Shown one piece after another: positions 22,870 to 34,934 of a DNA stretch of 64,000 nucleotides. The notes below the pieces were generated by a model, which was given only the letters and a program-made list of their open reading frames with translations, was not told the origin of the DNA and did not search any database. Position 1 is the stretch's first letter; each line of letters starts with the position of its first letter. Origin of the DNA: Dicyema japonicum (Eukaryota; Animalia; Dicyemida). Location of the stretch: positions 1 to 64,000 of the forward strand of contig RDEW01000026.1 of the NCBI GenBank assembly GCA_011109175.1. The letters run 5' to 3'. The position numbers and the translations under genes were made by a program.

Positions 22870-24890
22870 TTTCGAAAATTACTTAAAACAAAAAATTGGT
22901 TTGGCTACACGTCCTGATGTCCGAAAAATAATAAATCACGAATATGACAGTTTGGAACTCAAGAAACTCTTAATAGAGTACTTAAAGGCTGAGTTAAGGG
23001 AGGAATTAACTTTGACAATTGTGAATCTTAAAACTTCTAATAGTTATTTAAATTGAGTAATTTAGACGAAAAAATATCAAGAGAAGTGCAAGTTAAGAAT
23101 AACACTTTTACATTATTAAAATTGACTGAAAAAATCATCGATGACTGCCTATACAGTCAGAACGAGTATAGAGAGGATCTGCTAGTTCAAATCTACATTA
23201 AAGTCATCAAGGACAATATTAATGGTAATGAAGGATTAATTTTAGCATTCGTTGATAAATTCAATGACTTTGTAACTGGGATAATTACTATTAATGAACT
23301 TGAAGAATATGCAGATGTTCAGTTTTTTATTATTTGTTAGCACGAGTATTTTGTGGATACCAACGACATTCGGGGTAGATTGAGAGATGTTGTCACGGGA
23401 AACCGAGATATTTTAACAAAAAAGACGACCGTGGAACTATTGGGGATTACTTTGCAGCAAGAAACCTTAAAGACAATTTTACATGAAATTGCAAATGAAT
23501 TTTTACCCCAATCAATGACCAACAGAGTTTTAAAAATGAATTAGGAGAATTATTGGAGAAATTCTCTTCACCCATGAATGATTTCGGAGATAGAAGCAGT
23601 ATCAAGGTCGTCGATTTAATCACTATTAGTACCGCCAAAGTGTTACTAGATTTGTGGAATTGATCGACTTGAATGACTATTTACCAAATAATACTGCAAA
23701 TACTGTGAGAAATACTATTTTCAGTCCAACAACAGGAATTACTATAATTGACAGTGATAAGTATGCTATCGGTCGATGAAGTCGCTAAAAAAAGACTGAG
23801 AGTAGTATTATCCAATAATGTTGCCTCAGTAGAAACAGAATTTAGAATAACAGTAATAAAAAAAGTAATTTATCATATTTATTTAGTTCGTTTTGTCCTT
23901 CTCAATAACTCCAAACTATATCCCACAAATGGATCAATCCCACAAACATTTCAAGTATCGATTGTCTCGAAAACAGAGATTAAAGCAAAAATAGAATTTT
24001 TCTTAAATACGATTGATAAAAAATATCTACATAATGTAACATAAATATTATCTCTAGCATAATGCCACGTGTGTTTACTACAATGAACTTCTGAACATTT
24101 GGGTTGATGAGAGACCAATTCGTAACTACAAACATCATTTGTTTGTGAATCCTATCACCTAACGAGTTTTGCCCATTTTATTTGTAATTATCATTTTTCA
24201 AGTCAGACTCCGATCACGCTGACCAACGATGACAATATTCACGGACCAACATCATACATTACAATAAGTGGAATTTCACTGTCTTGCCTTGCCATATTCA
24301 TTTCACTTATTTTATTTTTTTACAAATTTAGGTATCAGCCTTCTATTTCCTTAGACTTTTGAAAAAATCCTTATTTCAATTTTTTCTATTAAATTTGAAA
24401 ATATCAATTTTACTGATAAATTTTGTTTTTCTATTCAGATTCGGTCGTTCTTGGCGAAATAATTTTTCAATTTGCACGACAATCGGAGCTCTACTCCATT
24501 ATGGGATTTTGTCTCAGTTCTTCTGGATGTTCTCAATTTCTTTTGTACATTATTTGAAATTCAACAAAGTCATTGGGATGGCCATCAAAAATTTAAAAAT
24601 TAAAGCATAGTCATTAACTGGGGTTTGGTATTCGTTTCACTTGATAAGGTCTTTCCATTGTTATTGTGGGCTTAATTTTATTGATAAATACAAATTTTTA
24701 CTACTCGAAGGAGAAATGCTTGCTTTCTGGACTTGCCTTTTATTTGGGGTTGGTTTTTCCCCTCGTAATCTGTCTGTTGTTAAATCTAATATTATATATT
24801 GTTATAATACTCGGATTCACCAAAATGTTACGAGAACGACCATGTTGCAAAACAAAGTCTTGATTTCTTTGTTTATCTTTTCAGGTTAAT
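22870..24890 (+). pseudogene. Adhesion GPCR (GAIN/GPS + partial 7TM), disrupted and 3'-truncated
   Basis: GPS ATCVYYNELLNIW..FVCESYHLTSFAHF (frameshifted); TM1 SGISLSCLAIFISL, TM3 CTTIGALLHYGILSQFFWM, TM5 FPLVICLLLNLILY. Tiny introns, several in-frame stops, TM6-7 missing at about 24900. Confidence 0.75.
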
Positions 24891-25221
24891 TTTAGTCATA
24901 TTTTAGGACTTCCGTGGATTTTAGTATTTTTTGTTAGTTTCAGTGAGGTAATTAAATACATTTTTATTGTTTTTACGAGTTTTCAAGGTTTGTTTATTCT
25001 CCTTCTGAATATTATGAACATAAAGCAAACTAATCGACATGTGTTCACACATAAATAACACAATTTACTAATATTTCTAATTTTCATTTGATATAATATG
25101 GGGGCTAAATTTAGTTTATGACATCGAAATCCTTGGTATCACACATTAATAAGACGTTTGCTGCTGATAAAATTATTTCTTTACTTTCATTGTTACTGTT
25201 ATCCACAAAAAGGACTAAAAT

Positions 25222-25600
25222 CGCCGCGTGGCTAATTGGTTGAAGTTTTCTGTTTGTTTGGCTTTCCTCTTCTCTCTTCCTATTAAAATGGCGTCATATG
25301 ATCTATCTGTCTAGGTGGCGCCCAGTGCCAGGCCGGCACGAAAAAGGATCATTTACTCTTCCCCATTTCACTGGATGGGTTTCCACAACTGCAAGTATGG
25401 ACGTCTTTTACCCTTTATGTTGATTTTGGATGGACTCTGTAGAAGTAGAAACTGGATACACTTAATTAGTTTACTTACGTTGGTAGAGATGGGATGGTGC
25501 CAACCACGTAGACGAGCCAGGTTTACCTGGTTTCTCGGATGAGAAGAGTTTGAAAAGGTGCTAGTGTAGGATTTATTATCATCGAGTCTATAGAAACAAA
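25222..25600 (+). mobile_element. Vingi-like 5' leader and structured RNA (copy 2, 25290-25352) joined to a C-terminal fragment
   Basis: Leader GTGGCTAATTGGTT shared with the 48835 copy and (more loosely) the 61375 and 50900 copies; 25470-25580 also matches 13710-13810 and 39490-39610. Confidence 0.6.
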
Positions 25601-25907
25601 TTCCGACATCTTTTTAAAATTATGTTGGAAAGGATGGAGGATAGCATTCGAGATAGGTACTGGTTGTCATATCAATTTTCTTTTTAGGGATTTGCATAGA
25701 TAGTGACAAAGATGGTCTTGGATGTAGGCTTGGGAATGGGACAGCAGAGCTCTCATATCCAAATGGTCTCCAATATGAAGGAATTTTGGTTCTATAACGC
25801 CAAATAGTAGGAAATATGACTAATATAACTCAACATTTGCTATCGAACCTTCAGATTGTATATATAAACTCATTTCAAACATGACATCTTCACGAAGACA
25901 AGTTATT

Positions 25908-26138
25908 AGCCGGGTGGCATAGTGGCTAGGTGTCGGGCAAAGTGGCTTAGGTTACGAGTTCGATTCTCGCTGCTGTTCACTTGATGGAAGGTTCCACGCA
26001 TTTACGATGCTAAAAGGGCTTAACGAGTGACGCCGTCATCAGTGGATATTCACTGCGGAACTGGATTGTCTAGAAAGGACCCACACAAAAGAAAAGAAGT
26101 GAAGATCATTCCTTGGTTCTACGATTAGTTAAAATTAA
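25908..26138 (+). mobile_element. tRNA-derived SINE, 3'-truncated at a CRE junction
   Basis: A/B boxes and core match 14675 copy; stops at GATTAGTTAAAATTAA. Confidence 0.85.
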
Positions 26139-28186
26139 GACAGGCACGTCTGTGTTGGTTTGATTGGTTCAGAAGCCTCTCATATTTATCCTCGCAGATG
26201 GTCCTGTAACGATCTTTCTGCTCAGGCATCATCCCCTTCAAATGCTCCATCTCTGTGATTTCAGATGATTCTGTTTGGAGTTGGAGAATCATCCTGACCA
26301 GCAGTCGGCTGGAGCCCAAAAAGGATAGATAAGCAGGGCAAGCCAGATCTTTCGTTGAAGGGATTCCCAGTCCGCCCAGGCTAACGGGTAGGGTCGCTTG
26401 GTCCCACCCTTGGTCGTCAAATTTCACATTTGTGATACGTTCAATAGTACTCCGGAAGAGGGAATCGATAGCATCGAGCTGTTGCATTTTCAAGTAGCAG
26501 GGTGCCCCCCGAAGAACGTAGTTCAGTTTCTGTGCTGATAAGGCGTTTCTCAGGAGGAATAGGGAGGTGTGTGCGTCCAGCATCTCCAGACGTCTGAATG
26601 TTGTTTTTAGTTGATGTTCTTTTGTTCTTAGAGTGTTACTGATTCCAGCATCAGTAAGAGGGCATCCAAGTATTTCCAGTTTCTGATTTGGTTTCTGTGG
26701 CTTTCGGAATGATCTCTCTGAACATACCAAGGATCAGATCCCATTCAGACTGTGGAAATCCAAAATTGGTTACTTCACACTTATTGGTGTTTAGAGTTAG
26801 GCATAGGGATTCCAATTGTACTATCAGACTTTTCAAACAATCTAGTACATCCTTCGGATGGCCGCCCATGGTGCAATCATCCAAATACCATACTCTCAGA
26901 GGAGTGGAGCAGTATCCTGTGATACGGGCAATTCCCAGGCTGAACAAGGCGGGCCCCAGTGGGTCTCCTTGTTGGACTCCAGAAGACGATGGAATGTAAT
27001 ATTGGCCATGTACCAGACTGGATGGTTTTCCGTACGAGCTATGAATATAGCTGTACACTGATGGGTAGTATGTGAAGCAATCCTCCAGAATTGTATCACG
27101 TCGTATCGAGTTGAAGGCATTTTTAATGTCAATTTTGACGATTACGTGAGGAATGTTCACGTTCTTTTCGGTGAATGTTCGGACAGCATGAACTGCCGCT
27201 TCACAACTCCCCGGTGTGCCGACCCCTATTTGGGTTGGTTGTAGCTGTGTTATCAGCGTAGGTAGGATTGCTCTGCATACAAGCTTTGATGCCAACCGCC
27301 GGAAGACCATTCCGACTGCAATAGGGCGTATTCCACCTCCCTTCTTGTCGAATGCGATTAACTTTGCGGAGAACATTACGTGTCGAATTGTTTCTGGTAG
27401 TGTCCCTGATAGCATCCTGTTCATTAGTTTGGTGATAGCCAACACGAGCCGGACCCCAGAGTTGCCCGTGTTATGAGCAATGAGATCTTTGATTGACCCG
27501 GACGGAGCTCATCTAGTCCTCCACTGCTACTCGGGACGAAAGAGAGGATCCATCTTTTACGTCCTCTTCAGAGACAAGCAGATTGGATAATTGTCCTGGG
27601 CAAGGGGGAACCCGGTGGTCGTTGGGGAGACTTGGGTGTCGCTCAACAAGTGATGCGTAGGACTGTTCAGACGGCTCAATTATACATTGTTGATCTGCAG
27701 GGATTCTCACCGAAGCACGGATACCACCTTCCGAAAGTTTTCGACGGATCGCGCTTCTTAATCTCTGAGTGTCCGAGATAGTCGATGTTGGCTTCTCATG
27801 GTTTTGAAATTTGTAGGTGAGCTTTTCTGAGTCTGCCAATAGGTTCTTTGAGAAGAATGTGTGGACATTCTCTTTTACTAATGACGTAAGTGATTTCTCT
27901 TCTTTCCCCTCCTATGGGGTATGCATAGTGTGAATGGAGCAAAGCAAAATAATCGTACCCAATCATCAGAGTCGTCCGAAGAAACTGCCCTTTCAATACA
28001 CTCACATAGGCAGTCCGCGACAGATATACGGGCAGCTTTGGGGATCCTAATCAGGAGTCTTTGTGAGTGTGTCAGGTTTGAGATCAATTCAAGTATTTCC
28101 TGATGGTCTAGTGGAACATGTTCAGAAGGGTAGCGTAGGGAAGAGTTTGTCGTATTATCTGGTAGGAGACAAGGTCGACAGTTTTA
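26139..28186 (-). mobile_element. CRE-clade non-LTR retrotransposon, RT region (both ends truncated)
   Basis: ORF 26651..27445: GGIRPIAVG, DIKNAFNSI, GVQQGDPLGPALF, WYLDD; 26125..26730: QATLPVSLGGLGI. Confidence 0.9.
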
Positions 28187-28279
28187 TTATTATAACCTAG
28201 TTATCAAGTTTAAATTCTTAAATATAAGTGACCTGTTTTTGAAAACCAGAATTAACCCATAAAACAAAAAAGATTAACT

Positions 28280-29130
28280 ATTTAACTATTTTTTCTGCTT
28301 TTGATAGATACGTCTATAGTAGTTAGGGTCACTTCATTTCCTTCTTCAATAGTTGGGGTTGGACTGTTAGTGGTTGTTTCTGTCGTTCTTTTAGTAGTTT
28401 CAGAAATGTAGTCGGACTATTAGTGGTTGTTTCTGTCGTTCTATTAGTAGTTTCAGAAGTTGAGGTCGGATCATTAGCGGTTGTTTCTGTCGTTCTTTTA
28501 GTAGTTTCAGAATTTGAGGTATGACTATTACTGATCATTCCGACTGGCTTTTTAGTAGATGTAATGGTTGTTGTAGGTAGAGCATCTATTTATTAAAGTA
28601 TAAACTTACTTGCTTGACATGCGAATCCTTGAAATATGGAGAATGAAAACAATTACAAGGTTTCCATCGCCAATCACAATTTTCAAAAAGACAAATACAG
28701 TTTCCATAGTTAAAATAAGGATCGGGATCAAAGTTTGTATAATTCAAAGGTTTTCCTTGAAAGTAAAAACTTATCTACCATTAAACATCCAGACCGATTT
28801 TTTTAAATATCCAGCTATATAGATACGAGTATTAGCATCAAATGCCTTGTATTTAAATATGCACTAATATTCGTTGAAGTTTCATCTGATTCAATTAATG
28901 CCTGAAATCTCAATGAAGATTACAATTTCCGCTCTCATTTGGCTGCAGAACCATTCGGCATCGAAATAACTATAATGTTGAATAACAAAATAATAGCAGA
29001 ATCCGTTATGCTCAAATACATTATTTCCATATGTATTCTTAACAGGACATTCACAAAAAACTAAAAAATTCAAAATAAAATAACCAGAAATGATTAAAAC
29101 AAAAAGGTTATACATAATTGGGCCAAACAT
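28280..29130 (-). pseudogene. C-type lectin/mucin copy 2 (1-nt frameshift near 28633, further shift in stalk, TM exon deleted)
   Basis: Very high identity to 15094-16148; three stalk units; joins GAAGTGACCC directly to the C-terminal tail. Confidence 0.75.
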
Positions 29131-29197
29131 ATAGGTATTATTTTTTATAAAAATTATTCATTATTTTTATTTTTAATTACAATTTTATTAAAAAATT

Positions 29198-29592
29198 ACG
29201 TGTCTGTTGGCGGTTGTTGTTGCGATTATCGTTCCCACTTCGAGGAAAAAGGTACCGGCCAAGTCAACTGAGATGTGTTCGTCTTGTCGGCTTGTCAGAA
29301 CTCGGAAGCGTGGGATTTCCTGCTCTGCTTGTGAAGATTTTTTCTACCTCGGGTGTATCCAGTTATCCCAAGCCTCAACGAGCGTGCTTGGAGTATGGCA
29401 CTGCCAGTCATACCTTGGCCTAAGCAAGGAGGTTCCCCCTGCCCGCGCCAAAGTTAACTCTCCGTTAATTGCCAATCAACCACTGACCCTGAAACGTTCC
29501 TACGCCTCATCTCTGAGTTACTTTCTTCCCGGACTATCCCTGTGAGGATTCCAAGGCCGTACGACCTGTCGCTGCGGAGGCTCTTTCCAAAA
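29198..29592 (+). mobile_element. PHD-CRE family 5' fragment (duplicated with 16218)
   Basis: ORF 29207..29545 MCSSCRLV..ISCSACED..GC..WHC; same AT-rich left flank as 16218. Confidence 0.75.
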
Positions 29593-29660
29593 AGTGTTTG
29601 TCCTGCCTATGCGGAGCTATAAATATTATGGCTTTCGTGAATAGACTGTTATTATTATTA
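29592..29660 (+). mobile_element. SINE/RTE 3' tail fragment
   Basis: GTCCTGCCTATGCGGAGCTATAAATATTATGGCTTTCGTGAA..(TTA)n. Confidence 0.75.
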
Positions 29661-30231
29661 ATGCGGCCCACTTATCAACCACAGACTGCATATGCGAGTT
29701 ATTGAGAAAATAATAATTTCAAACGACCATGATAATTGAGTTCGCTTATTTCACGGACTATGCTTTCTGGCTGAAAATAAGGTTTAATGATATCGGATCT
29801 GAAAGTTTTGGGTTCGAATTTGAATGATGGAGTTTTCTTTGATAGTCAATACTTGTCAAAAATATTTCACCCTTCCTCTTGGACTACACAGTAGTTAAAA
29901 TGGATTTTTCTACTTTCTCCCTGGAAAAATCCTACGTACTGGAGATCGAGAGTCCCCAAGGAGACCAAACTTATGAAAATTTGTTGAGAGTTGTTTGTGG
30001 CTAAGTTGTTCATTTTATAGTGAACTACTTTTTCAGAATGACTTTAGTATTTAATTAATGTACATTCTGGTTCGATTTAATGTGCAGATTACTTCCATAA
30101 CAGTAGATTTTAAGGTCGTAGTAGTAGGGTCACTTCAGTTGCTATATACTAAAGTATAAACTTACTTGTTTGGCAGAAGAATCCATCCGAATTTATAAAA
30201 TGATGACAATCCTAACCCTAGCCTTCTTTCT

Positions 30232-30670
30232 GGATGAGCTGGTGACGTGGCTCGGCTACACATGTCTAAAAAACACTCATTATACAATCGAGAACTCGGG
30301 CTAATGACGTTTAACGGACGTGGAATATCGAAAGATTGGACAAGGAAACTACTTTGTGACGATCTTGGGAAATACAAAATATCTATTGGCTACCTACAAG
30401 AGACGAAAATCGAAAATGGACGCGATGAAACACGGAACAACTACCGACTGATTCTCTCCCCGACTGAATGTAAGCACTACGGCATGGGATTTGCTTACAC
30501 GTGGATCACCTCAAAAAACTATATCGCTATTGAAGAGTCAAGTACCGAATATGTATCCTACAAGAAAAACTAAATGATTTATGCCCGTACAAGAGTTTAT
30601 TAACTGTCATAAATATCTATGCACCACTGTAAAACGACTCTATCAACTACGATAATAGAGTCGCTGCTTG
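30232..30670 (+). mobile_element. RTE-group LINE 5' fragment (APE)
   Basis: ORF 30247..30573 MTFNGRG..KLLCDDL..GYLQETK..CKHYGMGF. Confidence 0.8.
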
Positions 30671-31505
30671 CGTCAACAAGGTCTACCAACAAGTCATGTT
30701 CCTACTATTGAGTATGCCTGCTCCGTCCTGGAGATTCGTCATTTCATTTTCGAGAATTGATCGTTTGAACTCTCAGGCAGAGAATTATGCACCAAACTTT
30801 TTGGAACTGAGATCGAAATATCCTCATGTTCCCATGGAGAATAAACTCATGAAAACCTGTTGCAGAGTAATTTGTGGATAAGTTGTTCATTTTATTACTA
30901 CTTTATGACTTATACTATTAATTGGGGTTTAATGAACCAGTAAACTCATTTCATTACAGTAAGTTGTTCATATAAATAAGCTCCGGACACACGGTTCTTG
31001 CCATCTAAAGAGCAGAAGTTAAGTATTTTATAGGAATGACAGCTGATGATGCTATATAAGGACTACATGGTGAGATTTCTTTATTCAAATTGCATAGAAA
31101 AAAGAATGTAACGTAGATGGAAGATCATTTCAATTTATCTTTATGAATAAGCTTTCAATGATCTTACATTTTCAGTAAAGCAAATTTTGAAGGGATAATC
31201 TAATATGCATGTTAAGAAATGAGGATTATTTCTGTACTTACGGTTTTCATATTATTAGACTTTTCCCTATCTTTACATCCTCCACTTTCTGTTTCTGAAG
31301 GTTTTAGCGTAAATTATGGTCATAATAACATTTGCTGGACATTTCGATTGTATTAAGAGGCTTAATCCTATTAAATTCACAAATGTTCACTCTTATCCTA
31401 GTTAAATTTAAATTCTTGCATATATTTGACTTCTATTTCAAAACCAGTATCAAATCTTAAACACTAACGATTAACTTATTAAACTAAATTTGATTCTGCT
31501 TTTGG

Positions 31506-32330
31506 TCAATTTTCACGTTGTTTTTTTCTAAACTTTGTTAAATAAAAATACATCGAAATGGCAAAACAGAATAAAACTCCACAAAGAAAGCCTAATAAAA
31601 TCCCTGAAAATTAAATAATTTAAAGTAACCAATATAATTTAATAGACCTTTAGGGCATTCTGACTCGACTGAATGTGCAGATTCTAATTTACTTTGTTTA
31701 GAAAGATCTAAAGGTTTTTTTGTCGGTGAAATCGTTTGTGTCGATACTTCCATAACAGTAGATTTTAAGGTCGTAGTAGGGGTCACTTCAGCTTCTATAT
31801 AGTAGATATTAAAGTATAAACTTACTTTTCTGGCAGACGAATCCATTCGAATTTGGAAAATGATAACAATTACAAGGAGTCCATCGCCAATCATAATATC
31901 CTGCTAGACAAATACAGTGTCCAAAGTTATAAAATACATAGGGAGCAAAGTTTGTATATTCCAAAGGTAATTCTTGAAAGTAAACAACTTATCTACCTTT
32001 ATACATCCAGCTCCTTTTTTTACTGTCCAGCTATATAGAGAATATGTTCTGCAACATTCTTTGTGTTTAAATAGTTACGAATAAAGGTTGAAATTTCCTC
32101 TGATTTAATGAATGCCTGAAATATCAATTACGATTACAATTTCCCCTCCGATATTTTCGCAGTACCATTTAGCCTCGTAATATCTTTTATTTCCAAAAAC
32201 AATAAGATAGCAGATTCCGTTATACTCAGACGCATACTCTTCATTTGTGAAATTAGCAGGGCATTTACCAAAAACTAAAAAAAACCAAAATAAAAAAACC
32301 AGAAATTATTAAAACATAAAGGGTGTACAT
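31506..32330 (-). pseudogene. C-type lectin/mucin copy 3 (older, shorter stalk; frameshifts near 32280 and 32020)
   Basis: Same exon layout: CPAN..YNGICY..AKWYC, GHCICL..WRWTPCNC..FVCQ, TM GILLGFLCGVLFCFAI; stop at 31506-31508. Confidence 0.7.
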
Positions 32331-34129
32331 AATTGGGCCAAATAATTAGGACTATTATTTTTATTTTAATTACAATTTTATTAAAAATATTAAATATTAG
32401 TAACAAAAATTAATATAAAAGATATTTTTGACAAAGTTAGTCTTCCAAATTTGATGGAAATCAACATTAGTCTATGTCGATGTGGAGACTACTATCGTAG
32501 GCAACAGAATTAGTTACGTAAATAGGACTGACTATGTCTACGACCTCTTCTCAGATAATGACAGCTTCATCAAGGAATAACCATTTGTGACTTGGAAATT
32601 CACCCAAATATAAAACTTTGGTGGCAAGCTTCTCAAATAAAAGACAAGGCCAAGTAATATGCAATCAATGACACATCTACTTATAATTGAAAACCTCAAT
32701 GTTCTCCTGTCTCACCAGCACTACCTATTCATTAGGGATTTCCGACCATTTGCATCATATTCCCAATCATAGCCTCAATAAATTTTTAAGGTCAATAAAA
32801 AACGGAAAAAAACAAAAAATAATGTAGCAAACACAACGTAAGAAATTATTGCATAATTTCTTAAAATAAACATCTGAGTAAATCAGAACGAAAATTTCGG
32901 GTAATACTTTCAAATCATTTTTTGATTAGACTCAATATTTTTTCATCGTCAGGTTCTCCTCTGGAAACAGTTTTTCTCTGAGCTGAAAAAATTCTCAATG
33001 GTATTAAAAAATAGTGAGTAAGGGATAAATATAGAACAGAGAGTTTTGAATTTCCAATCAATGTTTGTATAATGATCAATGTGAGTAATATCAAATATAA
33101 AAAGCGGGTCTTTAATTTTCTCTTCATAACAAAATTCTTTAGGATTCCAGAAACATCTTAAAATCTTTTGCGTAACATGTTTTTTTAAATGGTAGTTAAG
33201 CATATCATATTTAGTCATTGATGACTGACATATTTCTGGTTCTGATAGCCTTTACTGGAATATTGACAGAAGATCTGAAACAATCCTTTGTATTGTTGTT
33301 ACTGAAAATCCGACCTCAACATTAGTGTTAAGTTCTTTTATCAAAAATATATTTATCCTTATCCAACGATAATGATTAGAAAATAAGTGACGAAATACAT
33401 GTAATTTGGAAAGTCTGATAGTACAATGATAGTACAATTGTCTAGTGAAGGGGACGAAATACATGTAATTTGGAAAGGTTGAGGTGGTAAGAAACTATTT
33501 TGTCCAGGATCTTCCACAACGTAGGTATAAAAATGCGTTGAGAATTCATAAATGGTCTTGAGAGTTTTGAATCCGTTAGATCAGAGATATTTCAAGTGTA
33601 GGATACATAGGATATTACCAGAGAGTGGCCATAATTTTGATCAGATCGTAGTAAGAGTTACGAGAACTTATAAATGTGTCCTCGTACCTCTTACGTCGAA
33701 TTATTTGGATATTTGAATGTGACTGATCTTGTTAATGGTGGACATCACAATAAAGATCTATAATTCGGTTACTTTATCAAAGTTGCACAATGAGAGGAGC
33801 AAGAATCAATTTGACTGGCGGAACAACTTTGATGAATTTTCAGAATTTTTGAGGTTTTCATTTTGGGTGAACTGAGAGATAAATTCAGTTTATTTTTTAT
33901 TCGTTACATTTGAAATCAATTTGTTTATTTTAGTATTCAATAAAGATAGTTCGGTTTGGGATGTCTTTGATATTTTAATCGTTTCCTTCACGAATGTCGA
34001 TCTATGGGAGCGACCTGCATTTGCGGTATCCTACTTTATAGCCGTAGGTCTCCTACAAGTTAGTAAGGCTGGGGTTACTTAATTAACTAACTTCACGAAT
34101 AAATTTTTTTCTGTAGTTTAAGGTCCGCA

Positions 34130-34540
34130 TGATCGATAACATGAGAAGAGAACAATGCCAATGATGATCGACTGTGGTCAGAAAGTAGGTCAAATCTGAC
34201 ATTCCAATTAATAATGATGCGAGTGGAGGTGAAAACACGAAAGAACAGAGAATGTGATAGGATCCTTATGGCGAGTACACATCTTGTGTGTTTATTATGG
34301 TTGTTCAATATGACAAAATGTTCGAGTTCTGATATTTTCTTTTCTCTTATAGCGTATGGGAACTAACAGAATCAAAGAGAATGTTTAGCGTTAAAGTCAC
34401 CACAAATGATAATATTATTGATGTTGAGCATGAATTCATTGTTTAAGGAGTGAACATGACTGTAATAGTAATGGAAATAAAGATACAGCAATATTCCAGT
34501 GTGTATATATGCCAACAATATTCATGTAAGAGAGCTGAGA
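34130..34540 (-). mobile_element. LINE AP-endonuclease remnant
   Basis: NIIICGDFNAKH..LLSDH in degenerate minus-strand frames. Confidence 0.6.
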
Positions 34541-34566
34541 TTTAAGAGGAATATGAAAAAATAAAA

Positions 34567-34639
34567 GGCCGCGTGGCGCAATGGATAACGCACCCGACTA
34601 CGGATCGGGAGATTCTGGGTTCGAGTCCCAGCGTGGTCG
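34567..34639 (+). tRNA. tRNA-Arg (anticodon ACG)
   Basis: GGCCGCG/CGTGGTC acceptor stem, D arm TGGCGCAATGGATAACGC, anticodon arm CCCGA-CTACGGA-TCGGG, T loop GTTCGAG; followed by a T-run Pol III terminator. Confidence 0.95.
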
Positions 34640-34934
34640 TTTTTAATTTATGTCAATCATAAAGTGAATTTGTTATGAAAAATATTTAAAAGATAAACTT
34701 GTTAATTTTAGAATTCTGGAACTGACTGATATCTCAAAGAGAATATCTCCATGAAGGACGAAAAATATATTACCTCAATAGGTTGTTTTTTAATTTTGTA
34801 GCCATAAAAATTTTTTACACAGACAATTCACTTAATTAGCATTACACTAATGAACTATAACTGATGGAAATGAATAACGAACCGATGACTTCTATGGATA
34901 GGAGGTGGAATGGTTTCTATGGATACGATTCAGA

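Noticed and set aside
23530-24610. Stop-codon reassignment suggested by in-frame TAG/TAA in the adhesion GPCR
   Set aside because: The conserved genes (TYW2, MARCH, NHERF, I29) read without internal stops in the standard code; the GPCR also has frameshifts, so it is a pseudogene.
25313-25352. Hammerhead or twister-sister identity for the Vingi leader fold
   Set aside because: The junction is xGGCGCYCA, not CUGANGA. It resembles, from memory, the twister-sister cleavage strand, but the helix that strand requires has no partner here.
33389-33477. 25-bp direct repeat with a spacer (CRISPR-like)
   Set aside because: Only two units, the spacer is itself repetitive, the context is eukaryotic and there are no cas genes; a local duplication.
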